From positions 1-31,091 of the IMG/VR virus record IMGVR_UViG_3300032327_000996: 31,091 bases of DNA; one strand, given 5' to 3'. This document shows positions 25,110 through 31,091 of the stretch, piece after piece. Position numbers and translations under genes: made by a program. Under the pieces are notes generated by a model, which saw only the letters and a program-made list of their open reading frames with translations, was not told where the DNA came from and ran no database searches. Each line of letters opens with the position of its first letter. Positions within the stretch are counted from its first letter, which is position 1. Origin of the DNA: a virus (lineage: Duplodnaviria > Caudoviricetes).

Positions 25110-25403
25110 TTATCCTAATACGATTTTCTTATCTGGTATTTTAATACCAGTTGTTGCTTCAATATATTTCATTTTTATACTGTCTTCAGTATCAGCATAA
25201 AAAGCAATACTATTAGTATTTATTGTTACGTTTCCTTTAGGTTCTGCAGTAAACAAACTAGGAATCATTTGCATTCCTTGTTGAGTTGGTGCAATACTAA
25301 CTGGTTCTGTGACAATTACATTGTCACGGGTTATTTCAATTATCTTAGCGATAAGTTCTTCACCACTATTTAATTTTAGTGTATATATTTTTCCGTTTTC
25401 CAT
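25110..25403 (-). CDS. Hypothetical protein, Sm-like fold plausible
   Basis: TLKLNSGEELIAK...YIEATTGI. Confidence 0.7.
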   Translation of the reverse strand: MENGKIYTLKLNSGEELIAKIIEITRDNVIVTEPVSIAPTQQGMQMIPSLFTAEPKGNVTINTNSIAFYADTEDSIKMKYIEATTGIKIPDKKIVLG

Positions 25404-25633
25404 TATTTGCTTTCTGTTAATTTTTGTTTAAGTTCAGTGAACCCACCAATTAGTACGCCATCTAAAATGATTTGCGGTACTGTTCGTGCTGTCGGGATTG
25501 CTTCAAGCAATTCTTCTTTGGTATATCCATCTCCGATCTTACGTTCTTCAAATTGTATACCTTTACTTGTTAGTAGTGCTTTTGCTTGATCGCAGTAGGG
25601 ACAATGATACTTACTCCATACGATTGCTGTCAT
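25403..25633 (-). CDS. Glutaredoxin
   Basis: CPYC, RTVPQI, IGGF. Confidence 0.97.
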   Translation of the reverse strand: MTAIVWSKYHCPYCDQAKALLTSKGIQFEERKIGDGYTKEELLEAIPTARTVPQIILDGVLIGGFTELKQKLTESK

Positions 25634-25644
25634 TTTATTTTCCT

Positions 25645-26745
25645 TTAAATATTCGGTAATTCATCATAGTCAAGTAAATCTGACATAACTCCTATAACAT
25701 AGTTTGTTGATTCAGTTTCTTGCAGTGCTGATTGTTTTTTACTGGTATCAGTATGTTTGTTAAACCACGGGATAGGAGTGCTTTTTGGGGCAGTTGCTTG
25801 ATACTTAATACCAATTTCTTTCAGTGCTCCGACCGCAGTGTAGTCTACAAAGTCTTTTAATACTGTTGCGTTCAGTCCAATAACTGGGCCCATTTTAAAC
25901 AAATAGTCTGCCCACTCTTTTTCTTCACGGATAACATCCATGTATAGATTATACACTTCTTGGTCGCATTCTGCTTTGATTTCGGCAAATCTAGAGTCTT
26001 CTTTAACTACTTGATTAATTAAATAAGCAGTCCAGCCTTTATGTAGCAATTCATCTTGAAGAATTAAACTGATAATGTTGCCATTGCCAATAAAGATTTT
26101 GTTCTCAACCATTGCTAAACTTGTAGCAAAACTTACCATAAATCTAAATGCTTCTAATGCGTAACTAGCATGTAATGCCATGTATATTGCTTTGATGTGT
26201 TCTTTTTCTGGAACATTTTCTCCCATCTCTTTACGACAATTAACTTTATGTAATTCATCATAATATCTTCCAACACTACTTGCCATATCTACAATCTCTT
26301 TTGTATCATGTATAGTATTGAATACTTCCTTAGGTACGTTATAGATGTTTCGAATGATGTGACTGTAACTACGACTATGAATATTAGTTTCAAAGAAACT
26401 CCAATTATACATCAATGCCTCTAACTCTGGTAGTGAAACACAAGGAGTAAACACTTGCGCTGGGCCGCGTCCTTGCAAGCTATCAAGTGCTGTTTGTCTT
26501 AACACATTACTAGTGAAAATGTGTTTAACTGCATCGCTGGCATCTTTAAAGTCATTTGCATCTTTGGTCAAACTAACTTCTTCTGGAACCCAGAAGAAAC
26601 CACGTGCCGTTGTTTCGAAGTTCGCAATCTTAGTGTACTTGACCTCTTCGAACCTTTGAATTACTACCGGCCCGGCTGGGTCTAAGAACATCTTACGATT
26701 CAAATAATCTGTCTTTGTGTTTAGGTTGTATTGTTGTTTACTCAT
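25645..26745 (-). CDS. nrdB: Class Ia ribonucleotide reductase beta subunit
   Basis: FFWVPEEV, DSLQGR, ETNIHSRSY, LEAFRF, DELLH, QETE..NY. Confidence 0.97.
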   Translation of the reverse strand: MSKQQYNLNTKTDYLNRKMFLDPAGPVVIQRFEEVKYTKIANFETTARGFFWVPEEVSLTKDANDFKDASDAVKHIFTSNVLRQTALDSLQGRGPAQVFTPCVSLPELEALMYNWSFFETNIHSRSYSHIIRNIYNVPKEVFNTIHDTKEIVDMASSVGRYYDELHKVNCRKEMGENVPEKEHIKAIYMALHASYALEAFRFMVSFATSLAMVENKIFIGNGNIISLILQDELLHKGWTAYLINQVVKEDSRFAEIKAECDQEVYNLYMDVIREEKEWADYLFKMGPVIGLNATVLKDFVDYTAVGALKEIGIKYQATAPKSTPIPWFNKHTDTSKKQSALQETESTNYVIGVMSDLLDYDELPNI

Positions 26746-26869
26746 TTGGTTTCTTTCTAAATAATTTTTGTAATTTTTCTGTACGTTCTTGATATTGTTG
26801 TTCGGTTAGGCTACAACTCTTATCACACATGGGCTTACGAGTTGTTCTACCACATACGCATTTGCTCAT
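26738..26869 (-). CDS. 43-aa CDGSH-like mini-protein with a His-to-Cys change
   Basis: MSKCVCGRTTRKPMCDKSCSLTEQQY...; overlaps the nrdB start; AGGA SD; not in the ORF track. Confidence 0.7.
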   Translation of the reverse strand: MSKCVCGRTTRKPMCDKSCSLTEQQYQERTEKLQKLFRKKPNE

Positions 26870-26882
26870 TAATGATTTCCTG

Positions 26883-27518
26883 TTATTCGTCTTTTTCTTC
26901 TATGGTATAAAACCAATCATCTCCTGCACTCCACTTGCGAGTACCATCTACTGTAAATATTGTTTGTGCGGCTTTAAAGTCCGGGAACTTAACATTACCA
27001 GAAATTAAACTTTGATCGTACCATAAACATCTATTGTTAGGCTGACAAGCAAACTGACCATTCTCTAATCTAATAAAATTAAAACTCTTATGCTCTTCCG
27101 CAACCTCAGTAAACCCTGTATCTACATCCATTCCATCAGCGCAAAAATCTACAGTAAACAAATAAGTACCGTGATGCCACTCTTTGTCTTTACCTAGAAA
27201 TTTCACACCTAAATTTCGCAATCCTATTTTTTCAATGATAGTAAAACGATATCCCATACAATCCCAAAGCTGTAATATATCTATAGGTAAATTACCGGTG
27301 TAATCTTCGTTCCACACATAAGCATGAATAGGCAACTTATCATATAGTGCCCCGTAATTGGGTAATAATGATTCTATACGAAATACTTGCCCTCTTAGGG
27401 CTTTGAGACTGACCCATATAGCAGGTTCTAATTCGCCGTGACCTTTTTCAAAGTTATAAAGAAACTCTCGTTTAACAAAACACTTGATTGGCGGTAATGA
27501 TCCTACAATGTAACTCAT
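26883..27518 (-). CDS. Hypothetical protein in the nrd operon
   Basis: Operonic 211-aa ORF; GALYDKLP, QLWDC, EHK and QPNNR stretches; function unknown. Confidence 0.8.
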   Translation of the reverse strand: MSYIVGSLPPIKCFVKREFLYNFEKGHGELEPAIWVSLKALRGQVFRIESLLPNYGALYDKLPIHAYVWNEDYTGNLPIDILQLWDCMGYRFTIIEKIGLRNLGVKFLGKDKEWHHGTYLFTVDFCADGMDVDTGFTEVAEEHKSFNFIRLENGQFACQPNNRCLWYDQSLISGNVKFPDFKAAQTIFTVDGTRKWSAGDDWFYTIEEKDE

Positions 27519-28139
27519 TTAATAGTTTCCTGAAGCAAGTACTATCTTACAAATATGTTCTAATCGTTCTATGTGTTCGTATGCGCGCCATGGACTTGTA
27601 TCAATAGCAACTACGCCATGTCCCTTGATACCCACAATGTCATAAGCAATATTACCATAGTCATCTAATTTTAGATTTTCATGACAACGGTCAGCAAGTT
27701 CCTGACTGATGGGAGGTACATCTCCTACATTGGGTGCTACTCTAGTGTAACGGTTGAGTTCTGGAAATTGATCACTGATGGTACTCAAATCAATACCGGT
27801 GTGCATTGCGGCAATACAGTATGTAGGATGAACATGTACTACTACACGAACATCATTGCTGTGTTGTCCCATGTTTCTTTGTAAACCAAAGTGTAGTGGA
27901 ATTTCTCCACTAGGTTTTAGATTGGCACTGATATCAGTATAGTAATCTTCTTGCCACAATAGACCGTGAATACTGATCTTTTTAAATTGATCCGGCTGTA
28001 ATGTTTGCTTACGCACACCTGAAGGGGTAATGTAGAAGTGATCACGGTCGTGGTGACGAATACTTACATTACCATCACGACTGGTAATCCAGTTACGCTT
28101 ATATGCGTCTTCTAATACTTCACAAATTGTTTCTAACAT
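27519..28139 (-). CDS. Class II aldolase/adducin family protein
   Basis: DGNVS, ITPSG, PSGE..LH, VHVHP, GHGVVA. Confidence 0.92.
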   Translation of the reverse strand: MLETICEVLEDAYKRNWITSRDGNVSIRHHDRDHFYITPSGVRKQTLQPDQFKKISIHGLLWQEDYYTDISANLKPSGEIPLHFGLQRNMGQHSNDVRVVVHVHPTYCIAAMHTGIDLSTISDQFPELNRYTRVAPNVGDVPPISQELADRCHENLKLDDYGNIAYDIVGIKGHGVVAIDTSPWRAYEHIERLEHICKIVLASGNY

Positions 28140-29227
28140 TATAATTTACAACTTTCACATGAATCTTCGTCATCGAAATTGATTTGTTCAAGTGGCATAT
28201 CGGGAGGGATTTCATCTGTAGTTTTTGATCCCGATTTATTCACGAGGCTATAATAGAAGGTCTTGAGACCATAATAATGTCCAAGCATCAAGTTCTTAGC
28301 AATCAATGTTGTTGGAACTTTACGCTCAGGGAAGTGTGCAGGATTGTAAAAAGTATTGGTACTGATAGATTGATCAACATAAGCCGCAATGACTGCCGCT
28401 GTTTTTAGATAACCATCACAATCTTTTTGATCCCACATCATTTGATATTTGTTTTTCAACTTGTGATATTCAGGAACAACTTGCACAAAACTTCCTGCTT
28501 TACTTTCTTTAACACTAATTAAACTCATTGGCATTTCAATACCATTAGTACTGTTGATGACTACACTACTTGATTCTACAGGGGCAACAGCCATTTGCGT
28601 AGCATTACGTACACCATAACTACGCATCATAGCACGTAGTCCTTCCCAGTTTAATTCAGGTTCAAAGTTGGCTAATTCATTAACACCGGTTGCTCGTAAC
28701 TCCCAAGGAAAAACGCCTTGTCCATAACGTGTCTTGTCACTGTGGTCGCAACGACCACGTTCTTGTGCCAATTCAACACTGGCTTCAGTTAGATAATAGG
28801 CTTGATGTTCCATCCATGACTTAACTTCTTGCAGTGCATCTTTCTCACCGTATTTTAGACCACGCTTGGCATGCCAGTATGCTAAGTTAGTGATGCCAAT
28901 ACCTAATGGACGAATTTCGTCATTGCTTAATTTACTTTGAATACTCAAAAAGTCTTGATAATCAAGGATATTGTTGAGACTACGATGTAGAATGCGACAG
29001 GCTCTACGCATGTCTTCTGGGTTACGGAACGAGCCCCAGTTAATACTACCGAGAGTGCAAAGAGCAATACGGCCATCAGCATCATCAAGACGCTTGAAAG
29101 ACTTAGTAGGCAAAAGTATTTCACAGTTATGGACAAGGATATTATCTGCAAAAAAGCATTCTGTTTCCGGAACAGATATATCATACACCTCGGTTGGTTC
29201 TACATTTATTTTTTTAATTTTAATCAT
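28139..29227 (-). CDS. nrdA: NrdA C-terminal fragment fused to a split-intein C half
   Basis: 34-aa IntC ending LVHN, then CEILLPT, LCTLGS, APVESSS, KTFYY and C-terminal CESCKL. Confidence 0.96.
   Translation of the reverse strand: MIKIKKINVEPTEVYDISVPETECFFADNILVHNCEILLPTKSFKRLDDADGRIALCTLGSINWGSFRNPEDMRRACRILHRSLNNILDYQDFLSIQSKLSNDEIRPLGIGITNLAYWHAKRGLKYGEKDALQEVKSWMEHQAYYLTEASVELAQERGRCDHSDKTRYGQGVFPWELRATGVNELANFEPELNWEGLRAMMRSYGVRNATQMAVAPVESSSVVINSTNGIEMPMSLISVKESKAGSFVQVVPEYHKLKNKYQMMWDQKDCDGYLKTAAVIAAYVDQSISTNTFYNPAHFPERKVPTTLIAKNLMLGHYYGLKTFYYSLVNKSGSKTTDEIPPDMPLEQINFDDEDSCESCKL
29126..29227 (-). mobile_element. Split intein C-terminal half (34 aa)
   Basis: Basic MIKIKKI start, block F VYDISV, block G HN/C. 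Confidence 0.95.
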
Positions 29228-30159
29228 AATTTAATTCTTCCTTGCACAAATTCTGGATACTCTTTGCAGAATTCTTTTTCATTTGTTACTTTGATATTAG
29301 TTATTCCGTTGTTATACCAACGATGTTTTGCTGAATGAGCCGCTGCATTCTTTCGTTGTTCCTTACTTCTATGATAGGGAGAATATTTAATGTCAAGATT
29401 CATATTTATATTAGTCTCAATGATTAAATTTTCTAATGATCCAAATTTATTGCCTATCCACGCTAAAGAAATTTTCTTAAATTCAGTGAATTCTGCTTTC
29501 ATATTATCTTGTAATAAATTTAATTTAAGATATCCTTCTTGGCATGATTCTGAAACACATTTCCACATTCTTTCTCTTCGGTCTTGTGTCAATTCCTTGA
29601 AGTTGGTGTTTTTGGCGCCACTCATGTCCCTTGCAGATTTTCCTGGAATCCCCTTACTATGATGAACCCAATCGCCGGATAATACCTTAGGATGGTCAAC
29701 TGAAACAGATCCGTGCTTTTCTCTAGTAATAGCATCAACTACTGGCATCATTCCCGTTCTTGCTTTACTAATACATTCATTACCTAACAGTCTTAGGTGT
29801 TCCATTTCTTTAAGAAACTTTTCATCAACTTCTGACAGATTAATCTGTCGTTTATGATTTCCTGTCGCTTTTACAAAAAAGAATTGCAGGGCAGACCCAG
29901 CAGAATATTCATACCGAGTTCCTTTATAAATCTCATACAAGTAGTAATGAGCCATTAAGTGCTCGGAAAAGGTTAATAAAATTAAATTTTCTGCACCATC
30001 CGGATTACCATCTAGATGTCCTTTTGGGCCGGTTCTCTTCCTATTCTTGTACAAGAAATCAGGAACGATATGGTGTCGTTCATAGTAGGTTCCTTGATAT
30101 TTCATTCTGTTTTCTTTTCTTGCGTTGTCAATTAATTTTTTATAAAGTTCTTTATACAT
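29224..30159 (-). CDS. Free-standing HNH homing endonuclease between the nrdA halves
   Basis: YERHHIVP...D..ENLILLT..EHLMAH; C-terminal RWYNNG...GR; own TAAATA and GAGGA. Confidence 0.88.
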   Translation of the reverse strand: MYKELYKKLIDNARKENRMKYQGTYYERHHIVPDFLYKNRKRTGPKGHLDGNPDGAENLILLTFSEHLMAHYYLYEIYKGTRYEYSAGSALQFFFVKATGNHKRQINLSEVDEKFLKEMEHLRLLGNECISKARTGMMPVVDAITREKHGSVSVDHPKVLSGDWVHHSKGIPGKSARDMSGAKNTNFKELTQDRRERMWKCVSESCQEGYLKLNLLQDNMKAEFTEFKKISLAWIGNKFGSLENLIIETNINMNLDIKYSPYHRSKEQRKNAAAHSAKHRWYNNGITNIKVTNEKEFCKEYPEFVQGRIKL

Positions 30160-30191
30160 ATGATTTCCTCATATGTATTTATGCTTGGTAA

Positions 30192-31091
30192 TCAAATTTC
30201 AACGCATAACTCGTCAGTTTCTACTAATTCATCAGCCCTTATATAGCCTCTATTTTTAGTAAAAACAAGGTGGTCTTCTGTACATCTTAACACATTACCA
30301 TTTTCATCTTCAATTTCATATAATGTAGTGACTGTCTTTGTTTTGATTGCAGCCGAAACATTTTCCCAAGAAACTTTACCATTTTTAAAACTTTTGATTT
30401 TTGATGTGGTTAAACCGCCTAACTGAAATCTTTCAACTGCACTAGACATGGAAAGTTGCTCAACCGTTCCATTCTCATGCTGGAAAGTAACTTGTGTATC
30501 CCCGGTTACACAACAAAGGTTGCTTTGATAAATTGTATGATACTCGGGATCAAATGGACCCTGTTTCATTACATTATCAACAAACACAAGATAGATACGA
30601 CCTGTATCTGTTCGTTCTTTTAGAATACCACTTTTGAATACTTCCTCAGCACTCATTGACTTCTTACGTAAGTTTGATTGTTTTTCATACTTAACGTATA
30701 GTTCTTCAAACTTTTCAGTGTTACTATAAAATGCTTCGTACAAGTCAGGTACTTCGTTGGGATCAAAGAATGTTATGTTTTCTTTGTTTTTAAATCGTCT
30801 CCAGAAGAAAGCACTAAGAACAACTCCATAATCCATAAATCGTACACGAGTTTCATCAGTTCCTTGATTGTTTTTTAATACAATCAAATCATCAAACTGA
30901 TGATGCCAAATAGGATAAAAAACAGTAGCACTTGCATTACGAATACCACCTTGACTGCAACTACGCAAATCACCAAACCATTTCTTCAAAAATGGGATCA
31001 TACCAGTGTGCATGATTTCGCCGCCACGAATAGGACTACCTAATGGGCGTAATCTGCCAATCTCTAAACCAATGCCAGCACGTTTGCTAGC
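30192..31091 (-). CDS. nrdA: NrdA N-terminal fragment (5'-truncated by the window) fused to a split-intein N half
   Basis: SCSQGGIRN, ERTDTGRIY, QSNLC followed by CVTGDT; the frame is open to the window edge. Confidence 0.96.
   Translation of the reverse strand, partial: ASKRAGIGLEIGRLRPLGSPIRGGEIMHTGMIPFLKKWFGDLRSCSQGGIRNASATVFYPIWHHQFDDLIVLKNNQGTDETRVRFMDYGVVLSAFFWRRFKNKENITFFDPNEVPDLYEAFYSNTEKFEELYVKYEKQSNLRKKSMSAEEVFKSGILKERTDTGRIYLVFVDNVMKQGPFDPEYHTIYQSNLCCVTGDTQVTFQHENGTVEQLSMSSAVERFQLGGLTTSKIKSFKNGKVSWENVSAAIKTKTVTTLYEIEDENGNVLRCTEDHLVFTKNRGYIRADELVETDELCVEI
30195..30512 (-). mobile_element. Split intein N-terminal half (106 aa)
   Basis: Block A CVTGDT, block B CTEDH, RGYIRADEL..DEL acidic tail. 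Confidence 0.95.

Noticed and set aside
29224-30191. Group I intron in nrdA
   Set aside because: The intergenic gaps are too short for an intron core, and the split-intein motifs fully explain the interruption.

Overview
This is an AT-rich fragment of a large T4-like (jumbo-type) phage genome in the standard genetic code, with an Illumina adapter remnant at bases 1-15. Bases 0.8-8.4 kb hold a minus-strand array of 24 tRNA genes (one chimeric). The array is interleaved with four free-standing endonucleases, plus-strand cargo genes (two 2OG-Fe(II)/cupin oxygenases and a J-domain protein), many sigma70 and T4-late-like promoters, a boxA and about ten unexplained structured GC-richer spacers that look like ncRNAs. 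At the head of the array (8786-9038) is what looks like a translation-coupled attenuator: a 57-codon leader ORF that uses all 20 amino acids and all six Ser codons, overlapping an antiterminator that is mutually exclusive with a strong intrinsic terminator. I propose this as a sensor of the whole tRNA pool that gates the array; this is an inference and the top candidate for a new system. Bases 9.3-16.7 kb form an acyl-carrier-protein cluster (ACP, AcpS, desaturase, 3 GNAT-like proteins, 2 PP-loop ATPases, a 2OG hydroxylase, a B12-type radical SAM enzyme). Bases 16.7-31 kb carry ahpD, ahpC, iscU, metK, a SleB-like hydrolase, a large probable virion protein, PAAR, glutaredoxin, nrdB, a 4-Cys CDGSH-like mini-protein, a class II aldolase, and nrdA fractured by a split intein with an HNH endonuclease between the halves. 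All calls were made by eye; no searches or folding programs were run.
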